Of a stretch of 64,000 bases of DNA, positions 14,486-27,303 are shown one piece after another. The DNA is from Balanoglossus misakiensis. Taxonomy: Eukaryota > Animalia > Hemichordata. The translations under genes were made by a program, and so were the position numbers. How positions within the stretch are numbered: the stretch's first letter is position 1; every line of letters begins with the position of its first letter. The stretch spans positions 8,819,146-8,883,145 of the forward strand of contig CM082584.2 of NCBI GenBank assembly GCA_040954595.2, read 5' to 3'. Under the pieces are notes generated by a model. It saw only the letters and a list, made by a program, of their open reading frames with translations. It was not told where the DNA came from and did not search any database.

Positions 14486-17400
14486 GATGAGATTTCACTT
14501 CTATCACAATTTAACTGCAGGTAAAAAAAAGTTGAATAATCAGCATGGTTTTAGCAGTGCAGGTAGCTGCAGAGAAAAAAAAACAGAATCAATTCAAAAT
14601 CTGCCATCTTTCAGCTTTAATTAAAACATATTGTACATAACAATCATTGTCAACCTAACACACTTTCATCTCAACCTGGCTGTCACCTTCAAAGTCAGTC
14701 AGACCTTGGTCAATGTCAGCTGACCATGGCCTGGGGAAGCCCTATTTGTTATGATATGCATATCAATGCACTAGTGCTATTGTGAACACATAGACTCCAT
14801 GGGCATAAAAACAGAGCGACTGTTACTAATATTGGGGGTCTGTGCACGATCAAAAGTTAGCAATTTTCCTGAAACTATTTTTGATGACTTAATTGTTTAT
14901 GTTTTATTTTTGTCCTTGAGATGATGCAATGTACACAACAGTTTATACTATAGTGAATCACACTTTGGCTTTATCAAAGCTGGTGTTCAGTTTAAAACTC
15001 ACATCAAAACTAAGATACATGTTTTATGATACACTGTTGACATTAAAATGTGTTGAAATATGTAAGCTAAGTGGGAAAATTTGTGTCGCTTATTTCGTGT
15101 CGGTTTCGGTTGACTCTGGGACTGCCCCTTAAACAAAAACAACAACACGTGCAATGGTAAACATAACTTTGAAAATCCCTAATATGCGGATGCTACGGGG
15201 CCCGTTCCCCAACAAATAAACACAATCTTGCACACGATCGGAAAACGGAAACCAAATGAAACCCCTCGAACGCCAAAACTACTTGCGAAATAGTTATTGT
15301 AAGGTAATGTAACACTACGAGTGTGCACATGGAGACAGCTCCGTAAGACCGGAACTTACAAATGTGACCGATATTACATAATTAAAATTAACGGGTTAAA
15401 TATCCTAAGTCGAAATTTCGAATATTAGAATCCTAAATGAACCTTCAGGGCATCTTATACCTTCACATATGGCCTATTTTTACTTAAAATTTAATTTTTA
15501 TTTCTGGCAGTGACGTTAAGCCTACACCTCTCCCATATCCAATATGGCGGCTACCGTCAGCGTCGAGTCGCACACACTACCGAGAAGGGGCTGACACATT
15601 TACTGATCTGTACTGTCGTGTCCACTGGCGGACAATTCCGTTTACAAATACGACACAGAACTAAATAAAACTTGTGGTTTTTATCGCAGTATAGATATTT
15701 TTCAACCATTTCATAAGTTCGTTACGTTATCTTAGGCTTTATTTCAGGAACTCGACGTAAACATTGGGAAGTACATGTACCCTTCACATAACATAAGGCT
15801 CTGTGTCTGCTGTGAAGCTGGAGTTAGGTCCACCGCGGATATGGGCCCCGGTTAGAAAAATTCCGCCTAAAATTTGGAATATCTACAGTTGAATTGAAAG
15901 CAGAATTCTCCTAAGTGTTTATTGCTGCAGTCTAGACACAAGGAAAAGACATCAGAGCCAGGCACGTAAAGATTTGGTACCCACACTGTCACACAACACA
16001 GCACTGACTCTACAGTACAGCAGATAGTGTCTACGTGCCACTACGGCGTACCTCGCTCCCCTTCAAGACACAACCGTGGTCGCCATACCCGGGGATGTAT
16101 TCTGATCGACAAACCCACAAATACACACACAACTCACAGGAAAACCGTACCTTCTAACGAGCTATTGCCTGATAATGCCTCGAATATCGGATGAAGATGC
16201 TGCATTCGGTAACAGGCAGCCATCAAGCTACAGCCCCGGACGAAGCCAATGTTTTTTTGTCTTCGGCTCAACCGATTTACAGACATAAAAAACAATTTAC
16301 AATTCCGCACGATGTAGGTCACCCAAAAACGACTTAATATGCCCACAAATATCACAGTTACACGCTTTGAATATATCCAGGTTATTTTATTATATAATTT
16401 ATAACATTTTCTTAAAATTGTGACGACTCAAATATTATTACAGGTTTAGATTTCGTACTGGCACTATTTTCGCACCGAGCTCGTTGCGTTGGTTTAGGGT
16501 CACCTGGAAATACAGGCACTGGGCTCAGTTGCCGAACTGACACAGAAATCAAGCATCATCACCACAGTTACCAGATGAAAAGATGCAGTTTTTCCACCAA
16601 AAACTGTTGCAGAAAGTCCATAGGGCCTAAATTATATGTCAACATTTACTTTGTAAACCAAACACTAAGTATTCGATCAAAAAATATCGAACGGTTGATG
16701 AATACTAACAGAAAACCGGTCTCAAAACCAAAGGCAATCTACGTACATGCAGTACGTCAGAGCAACCTTATAAGGTCAACTCCTGATCAACTTAAATTGT
16801 CTGACGCCTAGCCCCTCCACGATGCACACATGTTCCAAAAAAATGCAGTGCGTAAATCAACCAATCACAAGTGCTGTGATCTGTCTGTTTCAGGTGTGCG
16901 GAAAGTCACTGGCCAATAAGAATTATCGCGGTCTAAATTAGGCCCTAATTAGCCAAACAGTGACAATCACATCGATCGATATTGCCACGTACGTGTCAGC
17001 GCATCCTATCTGAACTGTTTTTCCGCAATGCAATTTCTATTTTAGCTGAGACGCAAAAATCTGATCAACGCTTTGCCTATTAGAATGCTGACGGCATCAC
17101 AGTCGGATACGCCCTAAGACCAGATCAATTTAAGTTGTAACTTGAGAGGCCTTCGCCGAAGAACTCCAGCTTTCTGTCGCAACTTTTAATTTCCAAACTT
17201 TCCACAAAGTTTGTGAAAGTCGATTGGTCGAGTAGTAAATTAAACTCGATCCGGGCCATCGCTCCTAAATGAAACCATTTTCAAACCTCTGTCATGATGG
17301 TTTCATTTCATGGATTTGAATTTCGCACGCCCTTGACAATGCCACCTAAATTGGTCTGGTGCAAGGCGACGTACCCCCCCCCCCCGTATTTTAAATGTCT

Positions 17401-17612
17401 TCACCCTAATCTGGAACTATAGACTACTCATACATGTACAAATATTTACAAAGCAATATTACGCATGTCGATCTACACGTACACGTCGTAGGACAGTGGA
17501 TCAAAAGACATTTCAACAAAAGTATTTCTTTCCACGGCCGTACGTATAGGTTTGTTACTGCAACCAATCAAAGTTCGACTGGACATTGACATTGTCCCAA
17601 ACTTGTGTTACC

Positions 17613-19368
17613 ATGTCAACGACTACAGCTTCGGCTATTCAGATTCTGACCGTGGCACTACTAGCCTTACAAAGCTTCGTCTGCCTCGGTCAGAACTCGC
17701 AACCTGGTTCCGAGCGCCCGGGATCTTCCCGAGACAGATTCGTTTGCAATCCCCATGTCTCCGTCGACGTACCAAGTTGCCCGCACAATCAGACAATTCT
17801 TGGCATCGTCAGTAAATTGGAACGTCTAGATGTGACTACATCAACTTTACAGGAGACTTTGAACGAGTTGACCCTGCCACTACAAGGGCCCAACATAGGA
17901 AAAAGTAAGTCTTGTTGAAAAATTAATGATAATACTCTTCCGTTCGTTATCGGCGCTTTCACTAATACAGATCCAGAAACAAGTTCCCAGTAGTGAAAAT
18001 GATACGATTTTTAATGCGTCAAAATCGATGCGACCTGTCTTTCTAAGAAAAAAAAACTAGAGAAAATGGCGTTTGTATTCTTTGGTGTTTACAAACGTAA
18101 ACGGATAGCAAACATGATAAGAACGAAATCTTATCGGTGTTTCTAGACAAACCATGGCGGGGCCGACCAGGTACCAAGTCCAAAATGTGGATGTATACTG
18201 CATATTGTCCCACTGCATTACAGTACATTGTTAGCTTGCGAGGACAGAAAGCAACGAACTTCAGTGATGAGCTTGTGTATCTCAAAACAACAGACATAGA
18301 CAAAATGATTTTGTTCTTTTCAGGACGTGGACCCCAAGATTGCTACGATGTTATCCAAGGTGGACATTCAACAAGTGGCAGTTTCATTATCCAGCCTGAT
18401 GATGATCTTGACGCGTTTCGGGTCTACTGTGACATGAAGACAGATAATGGTGGATGGACAGTGAGTGCTGTTGTCTTTAGTGGTATTTTGGCATAATTGG
18501 CTTATTGTTGAAGTATGATATAAAATATTTTCTTATGGGGGAGGCTCACCAGTTAAATAAATTGAAAAAATCGTTTAAAATTAAAATTGTACATTTTCCA
18601 GGTTTTCCAGCGTCGTTCTGATGGAAGCATGGACTTCTTCCGCAACTGGGAATCTTACAAAAGTGGATTCGGTAGCGTGAATGCAGAGTTCTGGCTGGGA
18701 AACGACAAACTCTTCCGTCTGACGAACCAGAGAACGTATCAGCTGCGTATTGACATGGCCGACATGGAAGACAACTACGCATTCGCTCTGTATTCGCATT
18801 TTCGGGTTGGAGACGAGTTCAGTGGTTACAAGCTTATAGTAGGGGGATACTCTGGAACTTCAGGTACGTATACTTTACATCGATTTATTTTGAGACAAAG
18901 GACGAAAGAGAACTTGCATATCACTGAGAGCTACGTCACGACATCGAAAAGTTCTTTAAATTTGTACAATGCTAAAGAAATGTTGATGTCTTGCAAGCAA
19001 CTTACTGCAATGCTCAATGCACTCATGCAATTCAAACTGAGCTCGTGATATTGTATATAACTCGCATTGGTCATGAAACGTAAAGCTATTGAAATCGCAA
19101 AAATATTATCTTTCCAGGCGATTCTTTCAGCGGTCACGCAGATACTCTGTTCAGTACGGCCGACAGAGACAACGACAATGGCGCCGGCAACTGCGCCACT
19201 GCTTACAAAGGCGGATGGTGGTACACGGATTGTCACAGCTCCAACCTAAATGGTCTTTACCTGAAGGGAGACCACACCACGTATGCTAATGGTGTCAACT
19301 GGTCGGCTTGGAAAGGCTACAACTACTCTCTCAAAATCACGGAAATGAAAATACGACCGTTGTTTTAA
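17613..19368 (+). CDS. Secreted fibrinogen-related domain (FReD) protein, ficolin/tachylectin-5/FIBCD1-like, ~313 aa
   Basis: Four GT-AG exons: 17613-17904 (signal peptide [26 protein letters not shown] plus a short coiled-coil-like stretch), 18324-18460 (PQDC...[13 protein letters not shown]), 18602-18863 ([24 protein letters not shown]...EFWLGN), 19118-19368 (FSTADRDND...[21 protein letters not shown]...EMKIRPLF*). Confidence 0.95.
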
Positions 19369-20042
19369 AATTTAACTGGTGCATATTGGCTGTTCTAACT
19401 TGCTGCATTGAGACTTCAGAGTGCCCATACATCTTGTATAGAATTTCAGAAAAGTCTTCTTTCATCTTTGTGGAATTGTCTTGAAAAATATAATGACACA
19501 ATGGTATTTACAATATTGATTTCACATGACCCATAACTTCAAACTTTTGTCCACGAGAAAAAAAAATGTAAGCATTGATTCGTGTCCAACAAAACTTGAT
19601 TTGAAAGATACGCCTTTGTCCTAAAGAGGGCGCCCTTCCAAGACGATGCGAAGACGAGTCCAGTAGATCACAGCTTAAAAACTTTATCTTGTCGGTGTGT
19701 CTCGCGCTATATCGAGCAAATACAAAACAAACTTCAAACTCATCTACTGTACCCTCTGACATTCATGATTTTTTTAAAAGCTCTGAGTAAATTTGAGAAT
19801 TCCTAAAAATAAATTAGTGATAGATATATACTGTACATGTGATTTTTTTCCATTATGTTACATGTATTTTCGAATCAGTTGGCTTAGAGGGCACTCAGCT
19901 GCCATCAATATATACGCTGTACCTGATAATTATACAAGAAATTTCATCTTGATTATGGTAAATGGTGTATTTTGTGAAGGCTTTATCAATAAGTAGAGTG
20001 ATGAAAACCTCGAAGAAGGCGACACTGTGAACCTTAAAAGTG

Positions 20043-20354
20043 TTAAACAGGTCTGCTTTCGTTGGGTACCAACTCTGCCGTCCAGGACGCATCAACGACC
20101 ACATTTAATTCTTCCGCTGTGTAAACTTCTGTTTCTTTCTTATTGTCCGGTTTGCGTCTTGGCGGTAACAAGAACACAATGCACATGGACATACACACGT
20201 GCCATATGCTGTGGGTTATGTAGTAGTTCTCTTCGTTTTCCACAAAGCTGTAGACGATGAGGCCGACGCCCGCAAGAAGTAATCCCGGAATGATGAAGAG
20301 CAGCCACCTCTTCCCGCTGGGGTACAGTCTCCGTCTCTTGTACATTTTATGTCC
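20043..20354 (-). CDS. TMEM8: TMEM8 alternative last exon B (distal)
   Basis: Acceptor gttttctcatag at 20355, phase 0. [70 protein letters not shown]...ESRPV*. Confidence 0.88.
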   Translation of the reverse strand, partial: GHKMYKRRRLYPSGKRWLLFIIPGLLLAGVGLIVYSFVENEENYYITHSIWHVCMSMCIVFLLPPRRKPDNKKETEVYTAEELNVVVDASWTAELVPNESRPV

Positions 20355-23300
20355 CTATGAGAAAACAGAAAACCCAGGGTGCATCTGTACAGTGAATATT
20401 GCATTAAAGGGACATTAGCTGTAACTTTTGGCTTTATTTTCAGTATTTTTGTTCCGTGTACCAAATGGAATTTCTTGTTCTAGGCCAAACAGCAGGCTAA
20501 TATACCCCGCAAACTTTTATTCATTGATCACTATGTATAATACAAGACAGATTTTATTCATGTATTGTTTAATACTGGTATTTTTACAGGTACAGATCAA
20601 AATTACCTTGCATTTATCACTTTGCACAGAAAACCTGATTACACACACGATTCCTGGTATTTAATGTATACAAAAAAATTCTGCACACTTGGTTTTAAAT
20701 TTTTTTTAGTACATAACATCCACAATACGAGCAATGACATATAATATATTAGGGACGGGGTCAAGTTCTTGAGTGCATAGATTTCAAAACATCCATGTCT
20801 AATGTGGCCAGTAAAATTTTACACATTGGAAAAGTAGAATGGTCTTTTCACTGTTTTATGTCAGCTGCCAGAGAACTTGTGGTTTTCAGGGGAACATTAT
20901 ATACACTATACAACACGTAATGGAATACTATAGTAACACAACACAGGTACTGTTTTACAATGTATGGTGTGGAAAAACAACATTCACATGAACTTTAAAT
21001 TGACATTCTGTAAATGTAAGGCGTGATTTGCATTTCTATGGTACAAAAAACAAATACAGATATGGAAATGACATGAAATATGTACATTGGCAGTCTTCAC
21101 AAAAATCCGACTTGAAATGTTGGACCTGTGTATGACTTGTGGCTTTCCTTCAAAGTCTAGAATATTTCTTCTTTTTTTCAGTTTAAGAAGTTGAGAACTG
21201 GTCACCTTTTGTTCACAGGCCTTGTATATATTACATTTCCCTTCTGATTTCTATATATTATGAATTCTTTCAATAAATAATTCTGTGCACACATTTGTAA
21301 ATTTACAGCCAATTGTAAGATTTGTTAATTCTAAATTAGACAACTTCGCTCACATTTCCATTAGTGCTTATCAAAGAGTAAACTGTAACAAAGTCAGGTC
21401 TGGTGCCTAATCTCTGGTGGAGCTTAAATTGAAGGAATATACTGGACAACGCAAAAATTTTGAAAAAATATAGCGACAGCCTCAATTTCATAAAGTCAGC
21501 CTAACATTATTCAGAATCTAAGTTAAGTAGATGCTCTCTATATGAATTTCAACGACTCATACTGGCTGGGGGATTTCTCTCTCATTCTCCTCATCATCAT
21601 CATCATTGGCACCTAACATGTCTTCGCTAGAGGGAGTCCTCCGCAGGTACTTTTTGGATTTTCGGGGTTTGGGAGGGAGCAGGAAAACTACAGACAGGGC
21701 TATCAGAGTGTGCCACAGACTGTGGACGTAGTAATAGTTAGTCTCGGTTTCGACAAAGGTGTACAGGATGAGTGCTGTGCCAGCAGTGAATATTCCCGGA
21801 ATGAAATGAGCGATGGTGTGTCTGATTCCTGGGAAACAGGAGCGAGATGTGCGACACTTGTAGATCTGGAAAGAGAAGACAGGTGATAAAAACAGACGAA
21901 TGTTATGTTAATGGAGAACTAATGAAGGAAATGGACAATCTGACAATTAGCATTTTAGTGGATGTTATATCGAATAGCAGAGTTTTCCTGATCCTGTTAT
22001 TTCAATCATTATGCTTGTGATTAACAAATTTAGTGTATATTGACCCAAAGTCCACAAGACATAGGAATAGAAAGTTTTCTCACACAGAAAAAAGATTTGT
22101 GTGTGTTAAAATAGAGAAATGTTGTATGAAAAGAAAGATCATCATTTTAGCATCAATAGTTTTGTGAACAAGTTCCTAACCTCAAAGTTTCCTAACAGAA
22201 CAAGTTCCTACCCTCAAAAGACTTCACTCCACACCGACGTTATGTCCTTGCTAACTAGACACTACCAAACTGAGTAATCCCTGCTTATGACTCATCCAAG
22301 ATTCTATGGGAATGATGATGATGATGATGATGAGCTCTACTTACCCATGAAGCAATGATCAAGACTAACCCACACACGACCGGCGCCACGAATATCCAAA
22401 TACTGAACCTGTCGTACTTCGTCATTGCTATCAAAGCAAGAGTCCCTGCAAATAAAAGACACGACTGCATTCAAAACTTTCAAAAGTTTATCAGAATTTC
22501 TAGCTTGTCTTAAATGCACCCTTTTCATGAGTTGCAAGACCAGCACAATACTGCAGTCATAGAATTCACCAAACACAAAGTAAGTTGGCCTAATGTCTTT
22601 TACAAATTTAGGACGAACAAGACAGGATTCTCACCAAACATATGCAAGAATGATGTTTGTTGTGGTTTGAGTACTGCCATGGCAACCACCGTGACCCAGA
22701 CAGACAACACAGACGCCAGGAAATCGCAGTATTGCAGAGTGTCGTAATCCATGATACAGAAGCCATCACTGTCACAGACATGGTAAAACTACAAAGAAAA
22801 AATATAAAGTCTCAATAAAGAAATATAGCAGAGATTCAACAATTCATGATTCTGTACAGTCTGATATTATGCAGAATAAAACAAGCAACTTTTCATCAGA
22901 AACCAAAAAATTAATATAACCCAAATTTCTTCAAACATCTACTTACTCCAGAGAAAAACATGTTATTGAAGTAGACCAGGGACTCCACAAACATAAATCT
23001 ATACGCTGACAGGATGATGGCTGGCAGGAAAAATAAATTGCTCAACGAGAGTAGGAGTGTCTCCAGAAGTAAATGTGATTCACTGTCTGCGTAGGTATCG
23101 TTTGTACATGCCCATCCACGGTAGTCTGCAACAAAATGTATAAATTTTTTCAAAATAAACCATTTTTTTCCTAAATTCAGCCCAAATTTAAAGGTAGCCA
23201 GAATTCCTGGATGAAACATTGCCCTACTTACTGTTCTCGCAGACACACGTCGCAAACAGCAGCTCCCCGCTGTAGTAGGTGCGACACTGTCCGTGTCCAT

Positions 23301-26300
23301 TGCAGCCCATCATGCAGGGCTCCATCTTGACGTTGAGCAAAACTTCAACGACCTCACTGCAAGGCTGGTATTTGACGACTCCACTTACGCTACAACGGTC
23401 AAACAAAAAATGTTGAAGTAGTGGTACTTTGTTTCAATGCGTGGTTGCGAAAAGAATTTTGCATCACACTTCATTCCTGGTATTCTGTTTTGTTTGTGAG
23501 ACATAATGGCAAAAAAGACACCCAGCATATTATCTCACTCAGTCAAGAACAAAAACGCTATACCGGTAAATTGTTTGTAAGTCTGGTACTTACTTTCTGT
23601 AGCACTGAGCTGAAAGCGAAACGTACCAGACGCCGGGTTCAGGGTAGGGCATGTGGAGAACTTTATGATCCAGAGATGAATTCACAAAACTGAACATGCC
23701 TGCTTCACAGTGTACCTGACCGTCTTCATAGTTGGGAGGAGCGCCATTGCGGAGACAAACAGCCACAGAAACATTCTCTGTCGAATTGCTCTGTTGAAGA
23801 GAAACCCCAAGAATTATGGACAGATGTAGAAGTTTTACCAAACCCTACTTACAAGCCGAAGGGAATCTTTTTGACTCAATCCATCTCCGGCCAATTGCCT
23901 TGAATGCCCTGTCAAGCTCATGCCGAAAGCAAACCGGAAAACTCACCTCTTGCAGCAACTTCACCTCTATCCGAACGTGACTTCCTATTTCCACGATGGA
24001 TCTCGTCTCAAACGACAGTACGCTCGCTTTTTCCGGCTCGATGTTCACCACATTCATACTAGTGTTGAACAGCGAATCGATGTGCGAATACAGAATCGTA
24101 AAACGTGCCGGATACTTGTCTCGTTGCATCGGCGCGTCGGGCAGGCACGTATCATCGTCATCAATGTCGTCGTAGGCGTACGGTAGTTCATCGTCGTCTT
24201 GCATGGACATTCTATACACGAGCACCTCGTCGTAATACTGTGATGCATATACGTCCTCCCCCTTTTGCTTATGCTGTACCGTCATCTCTGCCGGGCTGTC
24301 CTCATATACATAATTGTCAGATACGTTGACTTTATGCTTTGTCAGACTACTGGTGTCTCCTTCGGCCGACGGATCTGAGTACAGATACAAGTTGTCGCCA
24401 TTCTCACAGTCTGAAAATGGAAATGATGAGATTTTATAGATTAGGGGTGTCTGGCTTACAGAGGTTCTTTACTGTACTCCACTTATAGTAGTTTGAGTTT
24501 TTTTACCTTCAACAGAGACAGTGGCTGCAAACCCGATCGAAGCATTCTGAATGGCTCTGGCCACTTTCACGTAATACCACACGGATCTCTTGGGCTGCTT
24601 GACCGTCAGCTGACAGGTTCCATTCTCCTGGGACTCCTTTGCGCAATCCGTCCAGTCGCTGTACTCTGCAGGTAAGGCACCGGGCTGCGCGGCCATCTTC
24701 ACTGCGCAGATGTTTTCCACGGGTACGACAGGAGTCTTGAACTGGCAACCTTCCAGTGTGAATGTCACAGAACCGACATTATCTGCAATGAAAAATCTAC
24801 AAGAAAAAACAACACTTTTGGTGTCAATGTTTTTTGAAATAAACATGATATCAGAGAAATAGAGATAGTTGTTTTGAGTCACTTATGCATTTATGCTCTT
24901 GTCAGAAAATTAAAAAGGTGTCATCTTGATAGCAAGACCGTTAGGGTATGATGTGGCCATAGAGGGCGCTGTCTGGCAACTACTGGATGAGGATCACATA
25001 TCTTTGAACATACTTTTTAGCTGACATAATATACCAACGTGTGGTGGATCGTCGCATCATGGAAATAGGAAAACAAATGACTCTGATGACAGTGTATTAC
25101 AGACTTACTTCAAAACAACACTCGTGTCTGTGTAACCCAACAACTGTGGAATTTCAGTCTCTATTGTCAACGCAGTGATGTCAATCTCTCTGTGGTACTG
25201 CAATATTGAACCTAGATAGTATGAACAATCGTCTCCAAAACCCTGCAAAAAATAGAGAAAAAATGTTTTAAAAACATCTCTGTAATATCCCATTCACATG
25301 AATATTCCACAAAAATGACAGCATAGGCAACAGGGCTAACCCTTCACAAGCCCCAGTGTTAGCACACTGGAAATGATCAGCATGGCAAGGAAGAGGAAAT
25401 ACCAACCTTGGGTTGAATTTTTTCGGCTTCAGTCAGTGGAGGCAGATAAACAGCCGCAAACCAGTCACCGGACAACGGACTCGTCATTTTCAGATAAAGA
25501 GACGTCATATCACTTGGGGTTTCCATCTCAAGGAGGCTGGTCCTCTTCAAAAGCGTGTTTTCGGGAAAAGAGCTATTGGTGGGGTCAATGACCGGATAGC
25601 TCCCCCACTGGAGAGCTCTGGCGATGGAAAAGAAAAACAGTTGCCATGGAAATGAACAATTTTACTATGAAGGACTTAAAAAATTTCCTGACACTAAAAA
25701 TGAAAATTAACTTGTCCCTTCACCTTTCCAATACATGTACATTGCTACCCCCACCCTAATTTGTCAAATGCCTGAGATCAAAAATACTATTGAAGTACGT
25801 GCACTCACATTTGTACGTTTTCATAAGGGCAGGAGGCGTCGCCTTTTAAGAAACCGGTAAACTGCCACAGGGCCTCCGTGACCTGGCTGGGAATCTTGAA
25901 GTGGTACAGCTGTACGTTTCTATATTCCTCGTACCTGTGTACATTTTTGGGCTGGTAAAGCTGAGGTTTGGAGACACCATCTTTGTTCTGATAGGCTGTT
26001 TGGAATGAACGATTTTGGATCATCATCATCATCATCATCATCATGTCACACCAGACTCTAATCAACCTTTTTTCTCACATTATGCTATTACAGAACCATT
26101 ACGCACACATCAATGAACAAACAATATAAGCTACTTCCCAAGGTTAATCATGTGAAAAAATTGAATAATCACATATTTCTAGTTGTGTGCGTTTCCTTTG
26201 TAAACATTCCCTTGGTTACCATGCACAGTGTTGGAGATTATCTGATCATAATGATAGTTTGTATCAGTAAGAGTGGCGGACAACGTATATATTATTATCC

Positions 26301-26614
26301 TTAAAATTCAAGTCAACAGCACACAACGGTGCTGTTAAAACAACTCATATTATCACTACATACAGAATCACTTCCTCACTATCCATTAAGGTATTCTGTA
26401 CGTATAAACATAACACGACCAAGTCTGGGTTGTGCGGATACTGTATCATTATCTCACACTCTGCGGTCTTCTTTGAGACCTCAAACAGGTGCAAAGCGAT
26501 CTAGCCAAATTGCAGTAATATCTACTCACCCGGAGAAACCAACTGAAACAAAATAAACACCAGCATGAAGAGAATGCGACACCGGTGCACATTACTTCCC
26601 GGATTCGCCGCCAT
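20043..26614 (-). CDS. TMEM8: TMEM8/PGAP6 family (CREST superfamily; EGF-like domain + 7TM DUF3522), ~822-823 aa, with two alternative last exons
   Basis: Shared exons 26614-26530 (signal peptide), 25995-25809, 25617-25407, 25242-25109, 24796-24507, 24410-23947, 23790-23594, 23389-23232 (EGF: [12 protein letters not shown]), 23125-22947 (YRGWAC...[12 protein letters not shown]), 22788-22635 (FYHVCD...LQYCDF), 22445-22345, totalling 720 codons, all GT-AG and in phase. These are followed by last exon A (21865-21557) or B (20354-20043), each with HSxWH. Confidence 0.93.
20516..20558 (-). promoter_or_regulatory. Candidate poly(A) signals for the TMEM8 exon-A isoform
   Basis: Two AATAAA on the minus strand (20553-20558, 20516-20521), ~1 kb after the exon-A stop and just upstream of the exon-B acceptor. 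Confidence 0.45.
21557..21865 (-). CDS. TMEM8: TMEM8 alternative last exon A (proximal)
   Basis: Acceptor tctctttccag at 21866, phase 0. [102 protein letters not shown]. It is absent from the ORF track because it has no start codon near its 5' end. Confidence 0.88.
   Translation of the reverse strand: MYKCRTSRSCFPGIRHTIAHFIPGIFTAGTALILYTFVETETNYYYVHSLWHTLIALSVVFLLPPKPRKSKKYLRRTPSSEDMLGANDDDDEENEREIPQPV
24954..24972 (+). promoter_or_regulatory. Candidate CTCF site
   Basis: TGGCCATAGAGGGCGCTGT, close to the CTCF core consensus. Motif match only. Confidence 0.35.
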
Positions 26615-27303
26615 TTTGATTATGTCACGGGGTCACCATTAGGTCACAGCCTAGCCACATACGTCATCCACATACCAATAATGAGGTGGGCGTGGTGTTG
26701 GTGACCCAGGGCTGGGCCTGGGGAGTTGTCGTTCGAAATTCAGTGGTCACACAAAGCTTTTTCCTGTTTGTTGCTGTTCCGATTCTAAGATCCACTGTCT
26801 CTTTTATATTCAGGAGATCTCGTATACTATTAAAACTTGAAAAAATGGTTTACCAATGTGTGTGAAATTAGTTCCCATGCACATAGACTGTCTATGGTTC
26901 CCAGTTGCAGCACTCCATGGTTGCAGTTACCTAAGTAACCAGACTTAAAGCTGGTTCCCTATACGATGCGTCCACACTGGGCCTAATAATGAGAAATCCA
27001 GTTGTAAACTTGTCGTAAATTATCCACGTTAAAAACTACACCGCATTTAAAAGTGACAAAACTTGCTTCGCGAGAATCAACACCTGATATGTAAATTACC
27101 GGCCAATATCCGACCAATGGTGGGTTCATTTTTGAAAACGCGGGGCATGTGAAACCAAAGTTGCCGACAGAGGGTGGACAGTCGCAGTTTAGTCGTCGTC
27201 GCGCCGCCGAGAGTCACAGCAGCACACTTCTCCATTCCAGAAGTCAGTCAGCTACGAAAACTTCTCGGCGATTCTACCAGAATACTACTTGCTTTTTGCC
27301 AAC
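26615..27303. promoter_or_regulatory. Bidirectional promoter between TMEM8 and the CDC20-like gene
   Basis: Divergent ATGs 690 bp apart. YY1-type AAAATGGCGG overlaps the TMEM8 start. RFX X-box GTTACC-TA-AGTAAC at 26926-26939; two CCAAT boxes at 27103-27107 and 27114-27118; CHR TTTGAA at 27131-27136. Confidence 0.6.
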
